Source: the human T2T-CHM13v2.0 reference genome, Homo sapiens
DNA: 64,000 nt
Assembly: GCF_009914755.1 (NCBI RefSeq)
Contig: NC_060939.1
Direction: 5' to 3' (one strand)
Positions within the stretch are counted from its first letter, which is position 1. Each line of letters begins with the position of its first letter. The notes beneath the pieces were generated by a model, which saw only the letters and a program-made list of their open reading frames with translations, searched no databases and was not told the origin of the DNA. Position numbers and translations under genes: made by a program. This document shows positions 13,217 through 26,149 of the stretch, piece after piece.

Positions 13217-15162
13217 TTATCTTCGAAGAGCATTTTTATTTTTCTGAAGTCAAATGTTATCTTGCTTAAAGAATATATATATACATTATACATGTTTGTG
13301 TACATGCTTGAGGAGATATCATTATGTATTTGTGTGCATACATACAAACATTTATGGTTGGTGTGTGTGCTCATGTGTGTGCTTATGTATATGTTCTTTT
13401 CTCTGTGACTCGTGTGTCTCTTTGCTAGAATCTGTAATAGGAGGAATGCAAAATGGACACAAGCCATATGAATTCAGCAGCCTCATGGATGTGGATGCTC
13501 AAAAGCAGCAGTCATCTATCAAAGGAAGTGTATTGGACTAAATGGAGAGATTTTTAATAAGAGGCAAGGGGGTGCACTTTACCTAATAAAAAGAGCATAG
13601 AAAGACCCTGGCTGTGGCTAATGTGCATAAAAAATTCAGCCTGTCAGATCCTCACTTTTCTAATTCAGTAATCTAAATAATTTATTTGACATTTTAGCTC
13701 AAGATGACCTTTCTTAGGAAAAAATTACTGTTTTAAACTTTTAGCAAGTGCAACCTCAGCCACAGAATCCCTATTGAAGTCTGCATTTTCCCAAATGAGC
13801 AAAGGTTAATCTCATAGTGCTCAAACACATTGCTGACCCTTTTAAACAGTTCGCAAAATGTCATTTAATTTTTTAATCTAATTTCAATTATGTTGTAACA
13901 TTTGAGTTGCGTATTTGGGGGTGGGGGTAGTGATGTGAGATTCCAGTCAGGTCCTGCTTAGAGAAATTTAGGCAAATGATTCTTTTTAAATAAAACAGAT
14001 TAATAGATAATGTCATTCATTTCCCCTATGGTTTGAATATACATATAATCATGAACAAAATATAATAAAATCATGCACACTTCCCCTGAAGGATTAACAA
14101 ATGGGGATTAAGGTGGTTAGTTCTTGAGAGAAACAATACTGGAATCCAAGGTTCTCAAAGGTGCTGTGTGATTGAGGATATTAGCTTTTAAGCCAAGGAT
14201 ACTCAAAGGAAACCCATGCTCTAAGCTATATAGGGTCCACCTTCTCCTCTCATTCTAGGGCAGGTCTGAATCCACCCAAGAGATAAGGAGGGTGACAGAT
14301 GTTGTAGATAGATTATTATCTCAGCCATTCCATCAGCCATTAATGAAATTTCAACTTTTTCTCTCAAAAGCTATTCTCTTAGCTTGCTAGCAGATCAGAA
14401 AAACAGAAGAAGGTAGAATTGTTACTATGAAGATAATTGGATCTTCCTCTCTGCAGAATAAGCTATCATTTCATCATTGCATCCTAGAAAGCTTATTTAG
14501 GAGATTCAGAGATGTTGTAACACTTTGTTAACCAGGATTTCCTCCTACCCCCACCAAAGGATGATAGAATTTGGTACTCTAATTTGACAAACATCCCATT
14601 TTCTCACTGTCATTTTTTAAGCAATGTCCCCTTGGGAACATTTGGGTGGCTTAAGGTTCTCTGTTATTTGCAAATCCAAAATATTATCACTGGTGGTTGT
14701 ACCAATGATCTGAGTAGAATGAGCTGATGTGAATATCAAACCAAGATATGAATGCTCAGCTCCATTACTTTCCTCTCATTATCACCTCTCTTGATATAGC
14801 TTTCCCCAGAGAGTCTAGTGTTCCTTATTTGCCTTACCCTGAAATATCATATTTCCCTAAATCAAAAGTACCTATAAGCCACACTCGCAGAAGTTGCCTC
14901 AATAAAGGGAGTTTTATACATACAACCTACAGGCAGGTGAATCAGCATCTTGCCTGTTCTTCTCACTTTGCCACTTTACCAAATTTGCCTCCAAAGGATT
15001 TAGAATATGAGACACAGATACAAATAAAGATGTCTGATCATCATTTTTACTTTAAAATGCACATTTTTCACTATCATCAATGAGAACTGTGTGAGGTCTA
15101 GCATACCATGTTGTTTCATAAATGAAAAATAGTCTATTTCTGCTATTTTCATTATATCCATC

Positions 15163-15345
15163 CCAAGGGTTCTCGGCTCAAGGTGTACATTAGAATCACC
15201 CAGGGGTCACTGCAAAAACACAAACTTAGGAGGCCCTCTTAAATCTTACTGAATCAGAATCTGTGCGTATGGGGCAAGTGTCATATATTTGTACATAGCT
15301 GTGTAGAATTGTGTATGCTTACCTACCCCTGGTTAAGAATCACTA
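15163..15345. mobile_element. MER5-family hAT-Charlie MITE
   Basis: ggttctc...acattagaatcacc...tactgaatcagaatct...ttaagaatcact. Confidence 0.7.
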
Positions 15346-16265
15346 ATTGGGTAAGTTTTCACATGGGCTATCTAGTGTAACTGGAATAGTGAATGAAAGT
15401 GTGCTCTGAAGAAGAGAATTCCCATCATGCCTAGGCTAAAGGATAATCATTCAGAACACCTGAAAGATTTGGAATGTGCAGAAGACAAAAGTCCTTGTAA
15501 AAATATCTCCAAACAACACTTTATGACTTATTTTAGATATTTTGATAAAATATATCATATCCCTTGCACTGATCATTGTTTGGAGTATTTGCTATAGCAT
15601 TTGCCATTGCCAGAAATTGCTGGCATTCGTTTAAGAAAAACACACAGCCAGTCAGTCTTTGGTATAAAAACTACACAGTACTGTATTGCCCTACCACTCA
15701 TAGAGGAATAACATGAGGAATTTTGCCTGGGAGTTACTGGAATTCCCACATTCCAATTTTCCTGGTTCTGATTAAAGTGCAAATGGAATCAATTGGAATC
15801 ATATTAGAAAGCATGAAACACCAAAAGCTAGTTCCTAAAAATGTCTCAATCTTTTTCTTTTCTCACTCTAGAAGATTCTACAGGACTCTTTCCACTTCAA
15901 TATCTCAGGTCCCAAAAGTCCAAGCTGCCCCACATTTTCCTGGAAACAATTTCCCAAAGTTTGATCCATGATACACAATTTCTGCAACAATTCTGAAGGA
16001 AAGTATGTCTTTCACATTTTCATATTTTACAGGGTCAAATAAGTTTGAAAGATCCAAATGCATGTTAGCATAGTCAGTCTTGGGGAAGCTATATTACTAT
16101 AGAAATGAAACATGATTAGTCAGGCTTTCCCAAACTATGAAATAACTATCCTTATTGTATGTGATACATTAACATCCAATGAGAAGCTGTTCCAAAAAAC
16201 ACACTTTGATAACCACAATGACAGCTGTGAATCAGCCAAGACAGCTGTCTCTTCTACCTCTGTGA

Positions 16266-16565
16266 TTTTTTTTTCTTTGAGACAAAGTGTCACTCCGTCA
16301 CCCAGACCAGAATGCAGTGACACAATCACAGTACACTGTAAACTTGACCTCCTGGACTCAAACAATCCTCCCACCTCAGCCCTCAGCCTCCAAGTTGCTG
16401 GAACTACAGGTTGGCACCACCACATCCAGCTTATTTTTTTATTTTTTTGTAAAGATGGGATCTCACTATGCTGCCCAGCGTAGTCTCAACTCCCAGGCTC
16501 AAGTAGTCCTCCCACCTTATCTCCCAAAGTGCTGGGATTACAGGCATGAGTCAGTGTATCTGGAC
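16266..16565 (-). mobile_element. AluJ
   Basis: T-tract, diverged dimer (ctcctggactcaaacaatcctcccacctcagcc), TSD ctctgtga(a)tttt on both sides. Confidence 0.9.
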
Positions 16566-16754
16566 CTCTGTGAAATTTTTAGAATTCAGTAGAATTGAAA
16601 TAAGTAGCAAAGTAAACAGTTGATAGATGTATCTGTTATCTTCCTTTAGAATGACAAATAACTGCCTGAAGACAGAATAAAATTGGGGTAAGAAGAAACT
16701 GGGGAAGAGTAAGTGTCTGAACAAGATATGCTACAGATTGAGTGTACAGATTAG

Positions 16755-17084
<330 letters not shown>

Positions 17085-19319
17085 TCAGCAGCATTCTGAT
17101 GGAATTAACTGTTGCTCCTCTCTTTTTAACTTTGAGTAAACTTGCTTACTACGCCTAAGTGTATGATGGAAAACAATTTAATTAAATTGCAATGCCTGAG
17201 TTCCCCTAACCTATAACATAAATGTAGCCATTAATATTAATATTCTAATCTCAATATCTCCAAGCTCCATTCACTCAGGTCCCACTCTCAAATTCAATAA
17301 GTTCAATAACTTGCCTCAGTACTTGGAAGAATTTTGATTGGAATTCAGGACTGTGTGGCTTTTAAATACTCCATTCCATCGCTTGAGAAGCATAAATACT
17401 TGCTCTCAGTGTTTTCTTAAATTGGTCCCAGCCAACCAAACTTGGAGACCTGCCTGGAATACTGAGAGCTGGCACTGCATCACCAGCCCCTCCAATAAAG
17501 CTGCCAGGGTCACCACCAAAGCAGCCACCATAAACTCTATGTGGGCTCCTGCCCAGTGGCCAACGATGCTTTTGCAAAACAAAAGCCCTCCTTCCCCCCT
17601 TGCTTCTGTGTAATGGTGACTTTGAGTGTCATCAGAGCCCCAGAGAAGGTTTCAGATCTCTGTGAGACAGATTTTCTCTCAGACAAGCTTTGTCATTCCC
17701 ACCAGAAGTCCAACTATGACTGCCACCCGTCAAGCTAAATTACTGTACACTCTATGCCTATCAAAGGACAGAGGAGAAATAGCACCACTGTACCTTTTGT
17801 GCTAGTTAAAAAGGAGGGAGAATGAAGACAACTTCCCTAGACCTATATATGGATAGCTCCACAAGGGGGCTAAGTGGCTTAGTCCAAAATATTCTGGTAT
17901 TTTGAGAAAGGGATATTTCAATGAGCAGGCACGCCTCTTTCATCCTTGGGTTACAGAAATTCCATGAGAGCTGCAACATCATTCCCAAGATTGCATTTAG
18001 CCCTGAGGACCTGCCACTGAGTTAGCCTTCCTTTGCCAGATTCCATCTTCCATTATGGGCAGGTAGCGTTTTCTTTTCTCTCACCTTTCCCCTAAAATAT
18101 GACTTCCATTCAGCCCCTCTCCTCATCCCTACCTTCTACCATCAGAAAGTATGTCCCCTGTAATAAGACTTCCAAATACTCCCTTCCCCATTTTATCACC
18201 AGACTCTACAATTCCGGTCCCCCCCAGGTCCCTTCCAGGAAGCTCCACACATCTTCAGATAAATCATGGGCTACAAAGAAAGACAGTTTGAGGAAAAGAT
18301 GTTGTGCTATTCACATGTCCAACGAGGCTGAGTTGTTACTAAGCCAGCCTGACCACAAGTGCCCTTGATTCCAACTCTTCCTAACCCCGGGATTTTGCTT
18401 CATTGTCTCCAGCCTTGCCCCCTTTTCCAGCTCCTTCCCCTTGGCCTACAGAGGGCCTAATGGACCTCAATTCCTTATCTCTGGCCTTCCTTTCATTTTC
18501 TAATTTTGTTCTCTATTTTTCCTCTTAAGCATTCATTCACTTATGCAGCTCCTACAAACAGACTTCTAAAATTGTTCGTATTCCAATCCCCATTCTTAAT
18601 AGTTGGTATACCTAATGGCTACTTTTCAGTCCTTAATTTTTCTGACCTCTGAGCAACACCACTGACAACACTCTTATTAACACCCTTCCTTTTGTTCCTT
18701 CTACGTCATAAGTCTTTCTCTTTGGGTTATTTTCTTGCTTCTCTGTAAACGCCCTCTATCTCTGGTTTGTTTTCAGGCTTCTGGTATACTGTCCAACCCT
18801 GAAGCATTCTTATCATCCCTGTCTTATCATTCTATACACTCTTCTTCAAAAGATCTCTATTTCAAAGTTTCCCTTACCATCAATGTACTCACATCTTCAT
18901 CTTCTCCACTCAGTTGCATCCCTGGAGCTCCAGACCCTTATTTCCCACAGTCAGTTAGACAGATGCACCTGGGTGTCTAACAGACACTCAAAATATAATT
19001 ACCTTATCAATTTACTCTGCTACAACATATTTCTCATTTCGGTTTAAATCTACCTAGCCACCCAAGAAAGAAATGTAGGAAGCCCTCTTTGTCTTCTCCC
19101 ATGTCACCTGGTCCTGTCATTCTCATCATCTCTCTCTCAAATTTGTCTTCTCCCCACTATTCTTACTGCTGCAGTTCAGTCAGAATTTCCTACCTGGCCC
19201 CTACTTCATGCTTTCACAGCATTCAACTGCAAGTATGGTCCAATATATTTATACCGAGCTGAATTCAGTTCCTCAGTGCATCATTTTCTTGAATAGTTTT
19301 ATGATTTCATGCATTCTAT

Positions 19320-20167
19320 TGAGAGTTGAAGCCAGCTGGGCTTCTGGGTAGGGTGGGGACTTGGAGAACTTTTCTGTCTAGCCAAAGGATCATAAACACA
19401 CCAATCAGCACTCTGTGTCTAGCTAAAGGTTTGTAAACGCACCAATCAGCACTCTGTAAAAATGCACCAATCAACGCTCTGTGTCTAGCTAAAGGTTTGT
19501 AAACGCACCAATCAGCACTCTGTAAAAACACACCAATCAGCGCTCTGTGTCTAGCTAAAGGTTTGTAAATGCACCAATCAGCACTCTGTAAAAACACACC
19601 AATCAGCGCTCTGTGTCTAGCTAAAGGTTTGTGAACACACCAATCCGCACTCTGTAAAAAGGCACCAATCAGCACTCTGTGTCTTTCTAAAGGTTTATAA
19701 ATGCACCAATCAGCACTCTGTAAAATGGACCAATCAGTGCTGTGTAAAATGGACCAATCAGCAGGACGTGGGTGGGGCAAAATAAGGGAATAAAAGCTGG
19801 CCAAAATAAGGGAATGAAAGCTGGCCACAGGAGCCAGCAGCGACAACCTGCTTGGGTCCCCTTCCGTGCTGTGGAAGCTTTGTTCTTTCACTCTTCACAG
19901 TAAATCTTGCTGCTGCTCACTCTTTGGGTCCACACTGCCTTTAAGAGCTGTAACACTCACTGCAAAGGTCTGAGGCTTTACTCCTGAAGTCAGCAAGACC
20001 ACGAACTCACCAGAAGGAAGAAACTCTGGACACATCTGAACACCTGAAGGAAAAAACTCTGGACACACCATCTTTAAGAACTGTAACACTCACTGTGAGG
20101 GTCCGTGGCATCATTCTTGAAGTCAGTGAGACCAAGAACCTACTGGAAGCAACCAATTCTGAACACA
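19320..20167 (+). mobile_element. ERV9 solo LTR (LTR12 family) with 4-bp TSD
   Basis: Starts TGAGAGTTGAAGCCAGCTGGGCTTCTGGG, ends CCAATTCTGAACACA; CTAT at 19316-19319 and 20168-20171; tandem CCAAT array; U5 repeats (ctgtaacactcactg). Confidence 0.96.
19398..19762 (+). promoter_or_regulatory. LTR12 U3 tandem array with 12 CCAAT (NF-Y) boxes
   Basis: CCAATC recurs with mostly alternating 41/25-bp spacing (66-bp unit); counted by eye. Confidence 0.85.
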
Positions 20168-20532
20168 CTATCCTTCCATTCAAAATGTCTTCCTTCTCCT
20201 TGTTCACATGGTAAGAACTTCAAATGTCAAATGTGAGTTCCTCCATGAAGTGATTCCTGACTTTATCATGAAGAGATGTCTTCCTCCTTTGTGCTGTCAC
20301 AGCACACTGGATACAAACCTCCATTCACAGCACTGTTCTTAGTGGTTTGCAACTCTGTCTCTACACCTTGCCCCCTGTGGACAGTAAGTGTTCCAAGGGT
20401 AGGGAGAAACTATGTTCTATTCATCTTCACATCGCCGAAATTTAACATCGTGGTGGGCTTTTAAAGATTGCTGAACAAATTGATTTGTCTAATGTACATT
20501 AAAAGAAGTGACAGAAATTAATGTTAAGAGAG

Positions 20533-20612
20533 AGGCAGGGATTTCTACTTGGGGGAGGCACAGGGATTTCTAGTTGGGGGAGGGGTGGAGATTTCTAGTT
20601 GAGGGGGGCGGG
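20533..20612 (+). repeat. G-rich ~25-bp tandem repeat, 3 imperfect copies
   Basis: gggatttctacttggggg / gggatttctagttggggg / gagatttctagttgagggggg. Confidence 0.85.
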
Positions 20613-20654
20613 AAAATATACTTGCTTTCAGGGAAAGAATTCTGGACAGTCTTG

Positions 20655-21070
20655 CACCTGGGTTCTCTTACCCAAGCTCTGCCATTGGCTGTGTAACCTA
20701 GATTAAGTCATTCACTGTCTCAGAGCCTCAGTTTAATCATCTGAAAGCAAAAAAAAAAAAAAAAGCTACACAACTCAGTTACCACCAAGATCCCTCTCAT
20801 CTCAAAGACTTTAAGTACAAGAGTTAGCCAGAAAATAAGGGGAACTGACAAACAGTCTAACATAACATGCAGGCCTGGGTTCAAAGCCTGACTCTACCAA
20901 TTACCAGATATAACCAGAGTATCTAACTTCTCTAAGCATCAGTTTCCTTGTCTAAAATGCATGCATAAATAATAAATGTTTTCCCATCATAGACTCATGT
21001 AAGAATTAAATCAGTGGATACACATATAGCACTTAGAACAGTAGCTGATACAGATGGGCAAAGCACTTAC
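20655..21070 (+). mobile_element. Two adjacent MIR SINEs (~20655-20810 and ~20865-21070)
   Basis: MIR cores: gctgtgtaacctagattaagtca...gagcctcagtttaatcatctg and cctgggttcaaagcctgactctacc...tcagtttccttgtctaaaatg...agcacttagaacagt. Confidence 0.7.
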
Positions 21071-21158
21071 CAAATAGAAGACAGTCTGACCATGAATGAA
21101 CCTAAATTTGACTTCGTAGCTTTTCACTTTAATGCTGACTAGTTGTATTCCTGACTGA

Positions 21159-21477
21159 AATCACTTCATGGAGAAACTCACATTTGAGGTTTGAAGTTTT
21201 TACCATGTGAACAAGAAGGAAAACATTTTGAATGGAAGGATAGAATGAGTGAAATCATAAAAATGTTGAAGAAAATCATTTATTGAGGAACTGAATTCAG
21301 TTCAGTATAAATATATTGGACCATACTTGCAGTTGGATGCTGTGAAAGTGTGAAGTAAGGACCAGATTGGAAATTCTCAGTGTCTGAACTGCGGCAGTGA
21401 GAATAGCAGGGAAAAGATAAATTTGAGAGAGAGAAGATGAAAATGACAAGACCTGGTGAACTTAGGACCTCCTACAT
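21159..21477 (-). repeat. Inverted duplicate of 19073-19319 plus 20168-20255 (L2-derived)
   Basis: Reverse complement aligns: 15 mismatches in 121 nt ungapped for 19199-19319 vs 21240-21360; 5 mismatches plus a 3-nt indel for 20168-20255 vs 21159-21243 (manual counts). Confidence 0.95.
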
Positions 21478-22655
21478 ACATAAGTCAGTAAGCCATTGAG
21501 TACCAAGATAGTCTATATGTTTTGTCTCAGGTCTACTGTTTCTGCCAGAAGAACCATCCATTCTTCCACACTGTTGATACTAAGAAATTTAGCATGCATG
21601 GAATTGGCAAGCAGGATATTGAGGTTTCAGAAGTCTATCTTGGCATCTATCTTCCACCAACGCCCCCAGGGCCCTGGAACAATTCATGATCAGTTTTCCC
21701 TTAATTCTGGGGAAAGGAGTGAGATGATCAGAGGGCACTGGGGGAAAGGAGTTGATTTCTTCTGAACTCTTCCCAGAAAGAAGCCCATCAGCCTGCTTCT
21801 TACTAGATAGAAGTCAAAAGAAAGGTGTAACTCTGAAAAAAAAAATTACTTCGAGACCATTGTTTTGACTACTGAGACCATTCTTTTTCTCAGACTCCTT
21901 CCTTTTCTCCCAAGCTGATTTCTTTTAGTGAGTTTTCCAAGAAGGACCTTCACCTCCAACTTCAACCTTAGTCTTAACAGACCAACAGGTAATAAAATTG
22001 AAAAGACAGGCAACTTTTATTTCCCTCTGGCTGGATCCACACTCAGGTGGTGAGGCTTAGTAATAGGAAGCCTCTCACCTCCAACAAAGGCTAAGTGGAC
22101 TCTCAGCAAGACTATATTAAAAGTATCCAGCATGTCTCATGCACTAGACAGATTCTATATTTAACCCCTCCATTTGCTGAGTAGCACAATAGGTAAAGGA
22201 GAAGCCCAGCATTGTGTTCAGGATGTCTTGAGAACAAATCATGCAGGCTGGCAATGGGATCCCATAACCATTGCTAGGAAAAAGGACTGGTGGGGCCCTT
22301 GATATGTGTGAGCCCTGGCTTCGTTATTACAGCCACTTGGAAGAAAAGGCGGGATAGCAGATTTGGGCTACGGGTTTCCACTTATCTGAATTAGTAATAA
22401 AGATCTTGAAAGACACAGGAGCAATGCCATTAGTCCCAGCTGCCTTCATTATTTTTAATATGCCTTTGTTCACCTCCATTTCCCTTTAAGATTGGAGAAA
22501 GTCCATGTAAGAATTCATGATTTTCTATCCCAATCTTCCTATTTATAAAGTGGTGCACTTGAAATGGCATGTAGCAGACCCCTGCCAGGTGGGCTGCCTC
22601 CCAAAGTTCAACAGGAACAGTGTGAGTGGGCTAAGAGATGGATGGCGGCCCTTAC

Positions 22656-22674
22656 CTGACCACGATGGGAAAAC
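22656..22674 (-). other. Candidate 19-nt microexon (or 3' end of a 163-nt exon starting at 22818)
   Basis: Minus strand: ctgcttgcttgtccttttaaag|GTTTTCCCATCGTGGTCAG|gtaagg. Confidence 0.3.
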
Positions 22675-25429
22675 CTTTAAAAGGACAAGCAAGCAGCCTA
22701 ATTTCTTTTATTCCTCAAGGCAATGGTGGGGCGTTTTGATCTTTCCTGGGTTTGTTTCTCAGCCAGCTCTAGTCCTTTGTCTTGCCCCTTTCAATGAGGT
22801 TCTGCAGTTTTATTTTATCTAAACCAGAAAACGTCGCGTGATTCTGTAAATGTTTTCTTGCTGTTGTACTTTTCAGACTATTTTCTTCCTTGTTTTTTGG
22901 AGGCCTGAATCTGCCTTTGGTCACACTATTTGCTCCTCTATGGTCACCTCGGAGAAGATTAACCCTTTCATTAAAAAAGCCTGGCCAGGGTCAAACTACC
23001 GCCTGGCTAGGGACTCTTACATCCCTTTGATCTCCCAGCTATGGAGAAATTATTAGCAAATTCTAAGCCTTCCCATGTGATTTGTTTTTGTAAATTTGTA
23101 GAAATTATTCCTAATCCTATTACGTGGCCTAGGGCAAACCTGCATTAAATATAGGAGACTTTTTGTTATGTGGCAGATGGATAATAAAGGAATGCTGAAT
23201 GCAGCTCCATTCCAAGTTATGGGAATCTGGACACTTCATCAGCATTCACTTAATCCTCTGCCATAGCTCCGCCTTTGATGAATGCTCTCATTTATGACCA
23301 CTGATGCCGCTCACTTAATTTCAGAGAAGAAAAATAATACCTAGCTGTTAATGTGAATATTTGAGTTTATGGCTGTACAATGAATAATTGTGACATTATC
23401 AAAGGAACATCTCCTTATACATTATTCAGTTGTATAGACCACATTAACCAGAGATTGGAAACTTGCAATTTTGCATCTTCCATCTTCTTTGGAACGGAGA
23501 CACCATGCAGACAAAAGTCAGTGTCTCAAACCAAATTCTACCTGACAATGCGTATCAGCCCGCACTATATTTTGCTCATTGTGGTGCCAATCTCCTATCT
23601 TACCAATGACATTTTTTCAAAGAAAGAGGGGATTTCCTAGAGACTCGACCCCATGCAACTTCCATAGCTTATTATTGAATAGGAAAATGTAGTTTTGGTT
23701 TCTGCTTTAAAACTGATGCCATGGAGGATGTCTTGAGGGTTAGACTGAAAATTAAGACAGCACACCTTTGCTGCTTATACTTTATATATAAACTGAGGGC
23801 CTTTTTCAATGTAAGTTTTCACTTAGACAGCAGGAGAGAATGGAAGTCACCCATGAATTACCAAGCCTTTGCTGGGTTCAGCCAGGCAGAGATCCGTGCT
23901 GGTACCATTAAGGACAGTCATGCAAAATCACTCACTTCTCTGTTACAGAATAGATATGCCTCAGCTGCTTCAGCATTGTATGCCTTTGTTTCTGGGGAAG
24001 TAGGGGATGAGGTGCCAGAAAAGGCATGTAAAGAGTAGGATGGAACATTTTCATTGTAAAACCTCATTGGATAGTGTTTTTAACTAAGATATGTGCAGAT
24101 GTTATGCACAGGCATGTTGTCTGAAAATGCCAGGAATACTTTATAAAATAGCAAACTTATTTAATAAGACAGCAAATACCGGTATCAGACTATGAATGGC
24201 ACCACTGAGCTATTGATTTTTAAAGTATCCTTCCATTTTAGTTTAATTTCAATATTGCTTGGTAAATACACTTTGAGGTTAAGATCAGATTTCTCTAAAG
24301 ATGTTTTCCTGAGTTGCTGTTTGAGTAATCCTCATGAGATCAGTTATATTCATGATGGCAAAATGCCCGCAAATAGATCTTTGAGACTTGGGAGGTGCAC
24401 TAAGGTAAATGAAATCAGCAATATGTGTCATTTTTCCAGTTTTAGTAAGCCATAAGCCAAACATTTTCATATTCTGCTAGCTTCCACACTACAGTCAATT
24501 TATTGGCATGAACCACTAACTGAAAGACTGTAGAAAAAAAGTATTTTAGCCTATATCCAGAAAATTCATTATGGAAGTTCATTTATGATTGTTCAATGCC
24601 CAGAAGCAAGGGTAAACAAGGCATACATAGTTCTACTCAAACTCCACATGATTTAGTAATGCATGGTGAAAGCAATAAACAAGACTTCTAGATGGTTAAA
24701 AGAGAGGTTCTGGTCACTGTTCATTTTCCTATTATATGAAATTAATAAACTGAATAGCAAATTTGGAGTTAGACAAATAAGGCTTTCTCACCTTTGCCTC
24801 CTGAGGCTGATAGTGATGGCACTGGGAATCAGGTATAGACTCTTGGAACCACTGAGAATGATGCTCAACTAAACAAATACTCTCAGCTGAAGAAATCGCC
24901 AAGTTACGTCTGTGATGGGTGACTAAATAAGCACCCTCAACCATTTTGCTTATGGTGGTTGTTCTCCTCGACAGACAAAATGGCTCTAAAAACAATTCTA
25001 ACAGTCACTCTACCAGCATTTATCAGTGGCCATCTGGATTATCTGTCCCAGAAAAATAGATGCAAAAATATTACAAATGGAAACTTAGATGAAAGAGCCT
25101 ATCAGCTATACTAAAGACCAATAGGTACTGAATCTAGTGCCAACTTAACACAAATGTCTTCTGTCTTCAGAATTGTCTTATTCTTTGTCTTATTTATCAA
25201 ATACTTGATTTCCATTCCTGAAAACTAATTTAGTAGACTTAGGGTGGGAAACTGGCATGGAATTTTTTGAAACAGCACAGGTGATGCTGATGCCCAGAAT
25301 TAACGGTCACAGGCATAGCTTGTCAAGGAATGAAAATCAAGCATTTGAACTTTTTTCAAGTTTTGCAGGAGGTTATTTTGATTCGCAGCCCTATTTGAGA
25401 ACCGCTCCTCTGCAATTTGCCCTTACTTT

Positions 25430-25650
25430 AGAGGCATTGTGGAAGAGGGAAAAGAACCATGGTTTTGAAGCCAGACAACCTTACGTTGAAAACCTGGCAT
25501 GTCTGTCACTGGCGGTGTGCTCTCAGACAAGTCATTTTAGCTCTATAAGTCTCTGTCTCCCACTCTGTAAAATGGGAATAATCCACTTACCTCACAGAGC
25601 TACTGTAAAGTTACTACTCCAGTGTCTGGAACATAATAGACACTCAATCA
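25430..25650 (+). mobile_element. MIR SINE, preceded by MER5-like fragments at ~25200-25410
   Basis: ggttttgaagccagacaacct...gacaagtca...ctgtaaaatgggaataat...acctcacagagct. Confidence 0.75.
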
Positions 25651-26149
25651 CTGTGACTTTCCTGTGAAACTAACTTAATTCCCCATAGTACAGGGAGAAA
25701 AAGAGGAGGAGGAGGAGAAGAAAAGGAGGGGAGAGAGATTAGTTTTCCTAAGCCTTCCTTTACTGAAAACAAACAGGCTTTACTGTCCAAATAATTCGCT
25801 GTTAACTTGTATTCTGAAAACAAAACCCCTTTTCAAAATAGTTCCAACTCTTTTTTTCTTCCAAAATGACAGCAAAAAAAAAAACAAAAAAAAAACACCT
25901 AGCTAAAGTAAAATTTGTTTTCATTGTCACTTAAAGCAGGCAGAGAAAAGACAAGAAATCACCCTAACTCTTTTTCCATGACCTTTACCTCCCTTTGAGG
26001 AAAATTTAAAAGAATAAAGCAAAGCCAAATGAGCCATCAGGGTGAAGGCTGTATATATTTTTTTCATGTAGAAAATGCAAAAAGAAAATACCATGCAAAG
26101 TGGAATTGGGGTTGCATACCACAGCCAGAGGAAGCTGCCTGGGCAAAAA

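Larger units (their letters stand above)
18560..20490 (+). mobile_element. L2 LINE body plus 3' end, split by LTR12
   Basis: Pyrimidine-rich L2 motifs (gagctccagaccc...ctgggtgtctaacagacactcaaa); 3' end aagggtagggagaaactatgttctattcatct...gattgctgaacaaattga. Confidence 0.7.

Noticed and set aside
19398-19762. CRISPR-like regular repeat array
   Set aside because: The 'spacers' are themselves repeats, the array lies inside an LTR12 in primate DNA, and there are no cas genes
19316-19891. Longest ORF (191 aa, minus strand) with 22-aa repeats LQSADWCVYKPLARHRALIG
   Set aside because: It is the antisense reading of the 66-bp LTR12 CCAAT array and stays open only because the unit is a multiple of 3 without stops
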